From NCBI GenBank assembly GCA_964652335.1, contig CAZZDL010000020.1:1-14769 (forward strand): DNA of 14,769 nucleotides, given 5' to 3'. Below, in pieces: positions 7,656 to 14,769 of this stretch. The number at the start of each line of letters is the position of its first letter. The first letter of the stretch is position 1. A model generated the notes under the pieces. That model saw only the letters and a list, made by a program, of their open reading frames with translations. It was not told the origin of the DNA and ran no database searches. Both the position numbers and the translations under genes were made by a program. The stretch is from Candidatus Micrarchaeota archaeon. Lineage in GTDB: Archaea > B1Sed10-29 > WALL01 > WAMD01.

Positions 7656-8612
7656 ATGTTTGAGTTTTGGGATAACTTACCAGTAGTAGGGCCCTATTTC
7701 GCAGGAGTCCCAGAGATAGTAAAGGCAGGATTAACAGGAATGCTGATTTTGATTGTGCTAGTGATTGGAGTAAAAGCTCTAAAGGGAAAGGGACCAAGCG
7801 GTGGGAGAAGGAGGAGATCTAGGAGAGAGCGAGAAGAAGTAGAAGAAACTGGACCTGGCGAAGAACTAGAAACTGGACTTGAGGGAGAAATGGTGGGAAC
7901 TGAAGGCCTTGAAGGTGAAATGGGAAGGGACCTAGGCTTGTTTGAAGAAGAGAAATCAGAGGCTGGAATAGAGTCCTTACTTGCAGGCCAGCCTATCACG
8001 CCAGAGTCAGAATTATTCCCAGAAGAGGTTGGAGAAACTAAACAAGAGAAGAAAGCGAAGGAAAAGGAGGAAAAGAAGAAAGAAGAAAAAGTAGAGGCAG
8101 CTGAACTGCCTACAGAGATTGAGACTGTATTGGAGGAAGAGCCTGAGGAAAAGCCTAAGAAAAAGGAAAAGCCTGTGCTGTTTGAAGAGATAGACCTGGC
8201 AAAGATGGGGGAAAAGCACGGTAGGAAGACAAGAGAAGTACCCAAGAGGGAGGAAAAGCCTAAGGAGGAAGTAAAAGCAGGATCTGAAAAGCCTTTAAAG
8301 AGATTCATTATGGAGTCCCTAGACACGGGAAAAAATGAAAAAGAAATAATTAGTGAAATAATCAAGAGAGGTATTGGCAGGGGAAAAGCAAGGGTCTTAC
8401 TAAAGCAAGTGGAAGAGCTATGGAAGACAAAAAGGAAGCCACTCTTGGATAAGAAAAAGGAGCTAGAGCACCAGAAAAAGATACTGCAGTACAAGTATCT
8501 AAAGATGCAGATAAGTGAAGACAATTTCAAAAAATTAATGAATGATATTCAAAAGCAGCTAATAGAAATTGAATCTAAGCTAAAAGCTAGTGAAAAGCTG
8601 TTTAATGATTAA
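7656..8612 (+). CDS. Hypothetical membrane-anchored protein with Glu/Lys-rich linker and C-terminal coiled coil
   Basis: 318 aa. One hydrophobic helix 'AGLTGMLILIVLVIGV' followed by basic 'KGKG..RRRRSRR', an E/K-rich low-complexity middle and a helical C-terminus. TTTTATAA at 7626-7633. Stop shares TTAA with the convergent gene. Confidence 0.8.
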   Translation: MFEFWDNLPVVGPYFAGVPEIVKAGLTGMLILIVLVIGVKALKGKGPSGGRRRRSRREREEVEETGPGEELETGLEGEMVGTEGLEGEMGRDLGLFEEEKSEAGIESLLAGQPITPESELFPEEVGETKQEKKAKEKEEKKKEEKVEAAELPTEIETVLEEEPEEKPKKKEKPVLFEEIDLAKMGEKHGRKTREVPKREEKPKEEVKAGSEKPLKRFIMESLDTGKNEKEIISEIIKRGIGRGKARVLLKQVEELWKTKRKPLLDKKKELEHQKKILQYKYLKMQISEDNFKKLMNDIQKQLIEIESKLKASEKLFND

Positions 8613-9337
8613 GGTCTTGGTTTTATAAATTCTAGCCCTCCTTTCCTAGTTCTTATGTACGTTTCGGCCATGCTTTCCCTAGACAGATCAATCAAATCGC
8701 TCCTCCTTGTTGCGGGCAGTATCTCAAACTCTGGATCCAGTGTACCTTGATCAGGGTCAAATTCTTGAAGGATAAATCTTGCATTGTGCTTTCTAGCTAT
8801 AAGAGATATGCTTCTAACCATCCTAGGATCATCTGTGACGTAGGGGATTACTGGGAAGACTATCTCTAAGTCACAGCTTATCCCTGCTAGGGTCTCATCA
8901 ATATTATGGAAATATTCTTCCCCTTTACCTGTCAGCAGTTCTGCAAGCTTGACATTGAACTTGCTACCCTTCATGTCCAGAGACACTGTATCCACCAGCT
9001 TTTCCCTACATAATCTAGCTATGAGGTCTGGATTCTGCCCATTCGTTTCTAGCTTTATTTTCAGGCCTTGGCTTTTGATAAGCTTTGCCAATGGATATAG
9101 ATTGTGAATGGTTGGCTCTCCTCCTGTCATGATAACAGAATCTATCATCGGCATGAATTCAACTATCTCGTTAAGAATTTCGGATGTAGTCAGCTTTCTG
9201 CAGCCAACAGATTTCACAAACCTGATTGCATTACAGTACCTACAAGCAAGATCACAACCGCAGAAATTCAAGACTATACTTGTATGCCCAGGATATCTTC
9301 CCTGATCAATCCCTCCAATGACTAAGGGGTAAATCAT
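8609..9337 (-). CDS. Radical SAM glycyl-radical activase, NrdG-like (anaerobic ribonucleotide reductase activating protein type)
   Basis: CxxxCxxC motif 'GCDLACRYC'; also 'YPG', 'TGGEPT', 'KLETNG', 'SLDMKG' and C-terminal 'LQEF.P..GTLDP'. Confidence 0.8.
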   Translation of the reverse strand: MIYPLVIGGIDQGRYPGHTSIVLNFCGCDLACRYCNAIRFVKSVGCRKLTTSEILNEIVEFMPMIDSVIMTGGEPTIHNLYPLAKLIKSQGLKIKLETNGQNPDLIARLCREKLVDTVSLDMKGSKFNVKLAELLTGKGEEYFHNIDETLAGISCDLEIVFPVIPYVTDDPRMVRSISLIARKHNARFILQEFDPDQGTLDPEFEILPATRRSDLIDLSRESMAETYIRTRKGGLEFIKPRP

Positions 9338-9431
9338 GACTATTCAAATGCAAGTAGAGTTAATAATGTTTTCTGTGTTCCAAGAACATGACTGCCAAAG
9401 GATTTTTAACCTTGAAACCAAAAAGAAGAGT
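9338..9431. promoter_or_regulatory. Divergent pair of archaeal BRE/TATA promoters
   Basis: Minus strand reads AGAAAACATTATTAA (9374-9360), about 25 nt before ATG 9337. Plus strand reads AAAGGATTTTTAAC (9397-9410), about 25 nt before ATG 9432. Confidence 0.55.
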
Positions 9432-9920
9432 ATGTCACCAAAAGGACTTGATTTCAAGGAGAAAGAACGATTGAAGATGCGAATGAGAATGGCATTTAAA
9501 GGAATGAATCCAAGAGTGAAGAAGGTACATGAAAATATAAAAAATGAAAACGAAGGCTGGGAAATAGGTATACTTGTCGCCCCTTCTCTTGGCCTAATAG
9601 TGCATAAGGTCCTTGAGGAAGGAGTTCCAAAAAGAAAAGGGATGATAAAGGTTACTGATAATTCTATAGAAGTATATGGGAAAGTCCCCAAGCATTTAAT
9701 TGATCTCGCCAGATATCTATCAGATGCAAAAATATCTGAGGGTAGGTATGTAAATCTCAGAGAAACCATCCGCAATATATATCTCTATTCAAGGGGTAGT
9801 TTAAGACTGCCCGGCGGGGGAATTGGTGTGATGATACCAAAAGAAGAAATAGATCTTCTTACAAGAACGCTTGCAATTGAAAAAGAAAAATTATTGAAGA
9901 TACTCGGTGGAAAGAAATGA
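9432..9920 (+). CDS. Hypothetical protein
   Basis: ATGA overlap with rio1 at 9917-9920 and a GGTGG RBS for rio1 in its 3' end. Start moved from 9336, which would collide head-to-head with the radical SAM start, to ATG 9432 downstream of a TATA box. No family recognised. Confidence 0.7.
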   Translation: MSPKGLDFKEKERLKMRMRMAFKGMNPRVKKVHENIKNENEGWEIGILVAPSLGLIVHKVLEEGVPKRKGMIKVTDNSIEVYGKVPKHLIDLARYLSDAKISEGRYVNLRETIRNIYLYSRGSLRLPGGGIGVMIPKEEIDLLTRTLAIEKEKLLKILGGKK

Positions 9921-10669
9921 AATTTGAATCCTTTGAAAAGGAGTTTTTACTGACAGAAAAGAGAACAATAAAGGACAGAGAATGGAAAAAGATATACGAT
10001 AGTGTTTTTGACCATTACACCATAGGAAATCTATTCAGAGCATTTCTAAAGGCAGATCTGCAAGGGCTTGTGCATGTAATCAGCCTGGGAAAAGAGGCTA
10101 ACGTATTCAAGGCATTAACAAGAGATGGGAAGAAAAGGGCTGTTAAAATATACAGGGTGGAAACCTCTGACTTCAGAAGAATGTACGAATACATAAATGG
10201 AGATCCAAGATTCCCAAGGGTAAGCAGAAATAGACGTAAGCTTGTGGAAGCCTGGTGCCAAAAAGAATTTAGAAACCTAGGAATTGGAAAAGAAGCTGGT
10301 GTCAGATGTCCAAAGCCTTACGCGTTCGCTGGAAACGTTTTGGTCATGCAGTACATAGGCAACGAAACCCCTGCTCCATTACTAAAAGACACGATCATAG
10401 ATAACCCAGAGGAGACGCTAGAGGAGATAGTAAACGACATGAAAAAGTTATACTCCTATGGGCTTGTTCACAGCGATTTAAGCGAATTCAATATTTTATA
10501 TTGGAGGAAAAAACCTTGGCTGATAGACTTTGCGCAGGGCGTATCTCTTGGCCATCCAAGGGCAAGGGAATTCCTAGAAAGAGATGCAAGAAATATAGCC
10601 AACTACTTCTCAAAGCTGGGAATAAATGTAACTATGGACGACATTCTTAGCAAGGTGTATTCTGATTAA
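9917..10669 (+). CDS. rio1: RIO1 atypical serine kinase/ATPase (small-subunit ribosome biogenesis)
   Basis: P-loop 'SLGKEANVF', 'AVKIYR', 'YINGDPRF', 'WCQKEFRNL', catalytic loop 'LVHSDLSEFNIL' and 'IDFAQ'. Confidence 0.95.
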   Translation: MKFESFEKEFLLTEKRTIKDREWKKIYDSVFDHYTIGNLFRAFLKADLQGLVHVISLGKEANVFKALTRDGKKRAVKIYRVETSDFRRMYEYINGDPRFPRVSRNRRKLVEAWCQKEFRNLGIGKEAGVRCPKPYAFAGNVLVMQYIGNETPAPLLKDTIIDNPEETLEEIVNDMKKLYSYGLVHSDLSEFNILYWRKKPWLIDFAQGVSLGHPRAREFLERDARNIANYFSKLGINVTMDDILSKVYSD

Positions 10670-10670
10670 G

Positions 10671-11222
10671 CTATCCGTGATGTCGCTTTTCGTATTCCTT
10701 CTGGTACTCTCTTAAACTCATCAAGAATATGTCAAGGCCAATTGGCGATGTTATTGGCTCTTTAAACTTGCCATTCTCATCTGGAGTAACAACACCCACC
10801 ATCCTCTTCAAAATATCCTCTACATCGCCCAATCCTGTTGCCCTGTTCCAATTAGAGAAGATCGTATTTCGCCTTGACCTTCTCAGCTTATCTTCATATT
10901 TGAATATACTCTCCGTAACCCTTTTCGCATGGTTGATAAGATTTGATACCAACTCTCCTGGCTTTCTCCCAGAAGCTAGTTCCTCCTCAATTAGGTTTGT
11001 TCGTTGAAGCTTGTATATGGCAAAAAATAGATTCAATGTATTCATCTCCTCCCTTTCAATGGTATGGGGCTTTTCAAGTATCTCTTTTAACCTCTCTGCA
11101 GATATCGGCTTGAACTCTTTCTTCTTTCCAATAATGTCGGAAAGCCCAAAGAATATTCTATTTTTCAATGTAAAATATCCCTTGATATCTTTATTTGGCT
11201 TGTTAACAGTCTTGCCTGGCAT
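10671..11222 (-). CDS. Hypothetical protein
   Basis: About 183-aa ORF converging on rio1 with a 1-nt gap. Protein-like K/E/I composition. Minus-strand GAAATATTATAAG (11257-11245) about 25 nt before ATG 11222; alternative starts are 11228 and 11234. No family recognised. Confidence 0.7.
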   Translation of the reverse strand: MPGKTVNKPNKDIKGYFTLKNRIFFGLSDIIGKKKEFKPISAERLKEILEKPHTIEREEMNTLNLFFAIYKLQRTNLIEEELASGRKPGELVSNLINHAKRVTESIFKYEDKLRRSRRNTIFSNWNRATGLGDVEDILKRMVGVVTPDENGKFKEPITSPIGLDIFLMSLREYQKEYEKRHHG

Positions 11223-11411
11223 GTTCATATTCAAACAAACATAACTTATAATATTTCAGGATGTTTTCCCTACAAAGCGGTGTACTTCTTTGCCTATTGC
11301 TCAAACCATCCATCATTACACCAATAAAAGCTTTTTATAGTTAAAAATCTATAAAATAGGCAGTAATTCTGGCTTTCAAAAGCTTTTAGTCTAAAATAAG
11401 GACGGGTTAGC

Positions 11412-11939
11412 ATGGAGTTTAAAACGTACCTAATTGTCCCAAAGGATAGGATAGGGGTACTGATAGGAAAATCTGGGAAAGTTAGAGAAAAGATTGAAAA
11501 GCTGACTGGAGTAAAGCTAGACATAAACAGCAAAACAGGTGAAGTGGACATATTATATGACGAGAATTCGGCAGAGAATGCATTAAAGGCTAAAAATATT
11601 GTCCAGGCCATAGCTAGGGGGTTCTCACCTGAAAATGCCCTGCTCCTAGCTAGCGATGATTATTATCTGGTCACAGTGAACATTCAAGACATAGTTGGAA
11701 AATCTAGGAATGCATTAATCAGACAAAGGGCCAGGGTGATAGGAACCCAAGGGAAAGCTAGAAAAATGTTTGAAACATTAACTGGGACAAAGGTCTCTAT
11801 TTACGGGAAAACAGTTAGCATAATAGGTCCATTAGAAAATGTAGAAATAGCAAAAGAAGGGATAGTAATGTTACTAAACGGAACTCCACATGGAGACGTG
11901 TACAAGCACATACAGAGGAGGATGCAAAATATCTTTTGA
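11412..11939 (+). CDS. KH-domain RNA-processing protein (archaeal Dim2/Pno1/Krr1 family)
   Basis: Two KH GxxG loops, 'IGVLIGKSG' and 'RVIGTQGKAR'; also 'AIARGFSPE', 'SIYGKTVSIIG' and 'GTPHGDVY'. Located between rio1 and top6B. Confidence 0.93.
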   Translation: MEFKTYLIVPKDRIGVLIGKSGKVREKIEKLTGVKLDINSKTGEVDILYDENSAENALKAKNIVQAIARGFSPENALLLASDDYYLVTVNIQDIVGKSRNALIRQRARVIGTQGKARKMFETLTGTKVSIYGKTVSIIGPLENVEIAKEGIVMLLNGTPHGDVYKHIQRRMQNIF

Positions 11940-11948
11940 GGTGTTTTT

Positions 11949-13553
11949 ATGGCTGGAAAGGCAGATACTATATTTAAAGAATTCAGAGAGCACAGTGTGG
12001 CTGAATTCTTCAAGAGAAACAGGCAAATGCTTGGTTACTCTGGAAAGATTAGGTCTTTGACTACAATAGTCCATGAATACGTAACCAATGCACTAGACGC
12101 ATGTGAAGAAGCTGGTATACTTCCAGACATAAAAGTAGAACTAGAACAACTAGGTCCAGAGCATTACAAGGTTATAACAGAAGATAATGGGCCAGGAATA
12201 CCTAAGAAGCATGTAGGGAATGTATTTGGAAAGATGCTTGCTGGAACAAAATTTCACAGATTCATACAGCAGAGGGGGCAGCAGGGAATTGGGGCTGCTG
12301 GGTGTACGATGTATGCTCAGATAACTACTGGGAAGCCAGTTAGAGTGATAACGTCAACAGGAAACGGCATGATATATGAATGTTCGGTCATGATAGATGT
12401 AAAGAAAAACGAACCAGTCATAAGTGATGAGAAAGAATACCCTGGAACTATGAGGGGGACTAAAGTCATAGGAGAGTTTAAGGGAGTAAAATATGTAAAC
12501 AATGAGTATGGTCCGTATGAGTACCTGAGAAGGACAGCCGTAGCAAATCCACATGCAAAGATAACATTCAAAGATCCTGACGGAGCCAAGCATACCTGGG
12601 ACAGGGCTGTTCATATTCTGCCAAAAATACCAAAACCATCAAAGCCACATCCTTATGGTATAACTGCACATGATCTGCTAGACTACGCGTCTAGAACAAA
12701 AGCTAGAAACATTAGGAGCTTCTTGGTTCAAACATTTGATAGAATGAGCACTGCAAAGGCAAAAGAGATTGAGGAGCTAACTGGTATAGACTTCAACAGA
12801 AAACCAGATTCTATAACATGGGAAGAAGCAGCAGCCATAGTTGAAGCGATAAAGAAGGTGAAATTCCTCGCTCCATCTACAAAGAATCTCTATCCAATAG
12901 GAGAGAAGCAGATTGAGAAGGCTATACTAAATGTCCTTGAACCAGAGTTTCATGAGGTAATAACAAGACCACCTAGTGTGTACAGGGGTGGAGTTCCATT
13001 CATAGTTGAAGCAGGTATTGCATACGGTGGGAAGGCAGGTAGATCTGTTGGGGGAAGCAAAAAAATGGAATTGATGAGGTTTGCCAATAGAGCTCCTTTG
13101 CTATTTGACGCTGGTGCAGATGTGATAACTAAGGTTGTGAATGAGATTGACTGGAAGAGATATGGGATAAAAGACGTGGATAATGTTCCATTGACCATCG
13201 TTGTGAATATAACGTCAACGTATATACCATACACATCAGCAGGTAAACAAGCAATATCAGATGAAGAAGAGATACATAAAGAAGTGAAACTAGCATTGCA
13301 GGACATTGCCAGAAGGATATCTATAAGCATATCAAGGAAAGCAAGGGCTCATGAGAAACAGCAAAGAAAACTAACCCTTGTTAAATACATACCTGAAATT
13401 GCATCTGCCCTAGAAAAGCTGACTGGAAAACCCAAAGCCGAAATAGAGAAGAAGTTAATGATTATTGTAGAGAGGAAATATGCAGAATGGGATAAGGAAG
13501 AAAATGGAGGAGATGATAATGCCGAAGAAGAAAACGAAAAAGCAAAGAAGTGA
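11949..13553 (+). CDS. top6B: DNA topoisomerase VI subunit B
   Basis: GHKL motifs 'HEYVTNALDA', 'EDNGPGI' and 'RGQQGIG'; transducer motifs 'RFANRAPL' and 'PYTSAGKQ'. GAGGTG RBS. Confidence 0.97.
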   Translation: MAGKADTIFKEFREHSVAEFFKRNRQMLGYSGKIRSLTTIVHEYVTNALDACEEAGILPDIKVELEQLGPEHYKVITEDNGPGIPKKHVGNVFGKMLAGTKFHRFIQQRGQQGIGAAGCTMYAQITTGKPVRVITSTGNGMIYECSVMIDVKKNEPVISDEKEYPGTMRGTKVIGEFKGVKYVNNEYGPYEYLRRTAVANPHAKITFKDPDGAKHTWDRAVHILPKIPKPSKPHPYGITAHDLLDYASRTKARNIRSFLVQTFDRMSTAKAKEIEELTGIDFNRKPDSITWEEAAAIVEAIKKVKFLAPSTKNLYPIGEKQIEKAILNVLEPEFHEVITRPPSVYRGGVPFIVEAGIAYGGKAGRSVGGSKKMELMRFANRAPLLFDAGADVITKVVNEIDWKRYGIKDVDNVPLTIVVNITSTYIPYTSAGKQAISDEEEIHKEVKLALQDIARRISISISRKARAHEKQQRKLTLVKYIPEIASALEKLTGKPKAEIEKKLMIIVERKYAEWDKEENGGDDNAEEENEKAKK

Positions 13554-14634
13554 AGGAAGAAGACAAGAGGTTCTTAGAAAGTTGAAGGCTCTAGGGGAAA
13601 AGATAGTCGGAGAAATAGAAAAGGGTGAAAATCCTCATATTGATATTCCTGTTAGGTCGTTGTCAAATATAGAATTTGATGAGGATCTGCAGAGATTAAA
13701 GCTAGGGACTAAGGTAGCTAAAAGATATTTCCTGAATGTGGCGCATACTAGGAAGTTTATGCAAACCCTTCTCGTGGCAGCGTTCGCAAAGGATTTGGTA
13801 ACAGAGAATCTGCACACCAGTCTAAGAGACATGTATTATGCATTGAAAAAGACAATACCTGGAACAAAGGAAAATACATTTGAAGAGCAAACAGAATCAG
13901 ATGCTGTGGTTGTTGACCTAGAGGTTGCAGAGGACATACTAAGAGAAGAAATGCACCTAAATGCCGATGTAAGAGGAAGAGTAGTTGGAGATGTAACTAT
14001 TGTAGACAGAGGAGATGAGGTTGACTGGTCAAAGCTAGGTTCTGGTGGTTGGGCAATTCCATCTAATGTAGAAGATATTGAGTTCAAAGAAGTAAATGCA
14101 GATTATGTTTTGGTTGTGGAGAAAAACGCGGCCTTTGAAAGAATGCATGAAGATAAATTCTGGAAGAAAGAGAATATGATACTGATAACCACTCAGGGAC
14201 AAGCAGCCAGGGGAGTTAGAAGGCTGATCAATAGACTAGCTATGGAACATAACTTACCTGTTATTGTGTTCACAGATGCAGATGCGTACGGATGGTATAT
14301 ATACTCAGTTATAAAATGGGGGTCAATGAACCTCGCCCACGTTACAGATAAACTAGGAACTCCTCAGGCAAAGTATATAGGTCTAACCATAAGCGACATA
14401 GAAAAGTATGATCTAAAAAATTATACAATAAAGGCCAAAGATGTGGACATAAAGAGAGCCAAGGAGCTAATGCAATATCCTTGGTTCCAGAAGAAAGAAT
14501 GGCAAAAGGAGTTAAACCTAATGATAAAGAAGGGATACAAAGCAGAGTTGGAAGCGTTGTCATCTAGGGGTCTCCAATTCATGACAAAGAGATACCTTCC
14601 AGAAAAGATAGAAAACAAGGAATTCCTACCATAA
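13519..14634 (+). CDS. top6A: DNA topoisomerase VI subunit A (Spo11 family)
   Basis: Catalytic Tyr motif 'SLRDMYY', TOPRIM motifs 'VVEK' and 'FTDADAYG', and 'KAELEAL'. Start 13519 chosen from GGAGG at 13506-13510; overlaps the top6B 3' end. Confidence 0.97.
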   Translation: MPKKKTKKQRSEGRRQEVLRKLKALGEKIVGEIEKGENPHIDIPVRSLSNIEFDEDLQRLKLGTKVAKRYFLNVAHTRKFMQTLLVAAFAKDLVTENLHTSLRDMYYALKKTIPGTKENTFEEQTESDAVVVDLEVAEDILREEMHLNADVRGRVVGDVTIVDRGDEVDWSKLGSGGWAIPSNVEDIEFKEVNADYVLVVEKNAAFERMHEDKFWKKENMILITTQGQAARGVRRLINRLAMEHNLPVIVFTDADAYGWYIYSVIKWGSMNLAHVTDKLGTPQAKYIGLTISDIEKYDLKNYTIKAKDVDIKRAKELMQYPWFQKKEWQKELNLMIKKGYKAELEALSSRGLQFMTKRYLPEKIENKEFLP

Positions 14635-14655
14635 GGCTTACCAACCCATAATTAT

Positions 14656-14664
14656 TTTTAAATA
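14656..14664 (+). promoter_or_regulatory. TATA box of the tRNA-Asn gene
   Basis: TTTTAAATA about 24-32 nt upstream of the tRNA 5' end. Confidence 0.65.
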
Positions 14665-14687
14665 AAAACCGATATAACTACACCCAT

Positions 14688-14761
14688 GCCGCCGTAGCTC
14701 AGCCCGGAAGAGCGCTCGGCTGTTAACCGAGTGGTCGCCGGTTCAAATCCGGCCGGCGGCG
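14688..14761 (+). tRNA. tRNA-Asn (GTT), intronless, CCA not encoded
   Basis: Full cloverleaf: acceptor GCCGCCG/CGGCGGC, D stem GCTC/GAGC, anticodon stem CTCGG/CCGAG with loop CTGTTAA (GTT at 14722-14724), T stem GCCGG/CCGGC with loop TTCAAAT, discriminator G followed by CTA. Confidence 0.98.
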
Positions 14762-14769
14762 CTAAACCG

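Noticed and set aside
7694..8530. 278-aa minus-strand ORF
   Set aside because: Ser/Phe-rich antisense shadow of the Glu/Lys-rich plus-strand gene.
2985..10669. Three genes ending in TGATTAA (stops at 2991, 8612, 10669)
   Set aside because: A 7-mer including the stop codon in an AT-rich genome; not distinguishable from chance.
10654..11289. GGTGTATTCT (rio1 end) versus GGTGTACTTCT as a direct repeat flanking the antisense orphan
   Set aside because: Short, gapped and over 120 nt from the dim2 start; compatible with chance.
1447..14618. Other antisense and nested ORFs in the track (e.g. 1447-1887, 3424-3924, 4808-5302, 6890-7621, 12950-13330)
   Set aside because: They lie opposite well-supported genes, have shadow-frame composition and show no recognisable motifs.
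14688..14769. tRNA-Asn as an integration site for an island
   Set aside because: No duplicate of the tRNA 3' end and no integrase in the window; only 8 nt of downstream sequence are visible.

Overview
Archaeal chromosomal window. The evidence is TATA/BRE-type promoters, GGTGA/GGAGG ribosome-binding sites, topoisomerase VI, an archaeal GluRS and an archaeal tRNA. It joins two housekeeping neighbourhoods. The first is an isoprenoid block: two-subunit phosphomevalonate dehydratase (AcnX type II, modified mevalonate pathway), isopentenyl phosphate kinase, type 2 IPP isomerase and gltX. The second is rio1 - KH/Dim2 - top6B - top6A - tRNA-Asn(GTT). Accessory genes are interleaved: a type IV AbiE toxin-antitoxin pair whose antitoxin is missing from the ORF track, a RelBE-like pair, an NrdG-like radical SAM gene and four hypothetical ORFs. 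The most striking feature is the AT-rich RelBE module, which sits between two perfect 26-bp direct repeats (2957-2982 and 3473-3498). These duplicate what looks like the former overlap between the dehydratase small-subunit 3' end and the IPK ribosome-binding site/start. A second ~500-bp AT-rich orphan gene between fni and gltX shows a shorter, in-frame version of the same signature. No integrase or transposase is present. A perfect 20-bp palindrome lies upstream of the mevalonate operon, and an inverted repeat covers the AbiE TATA box.
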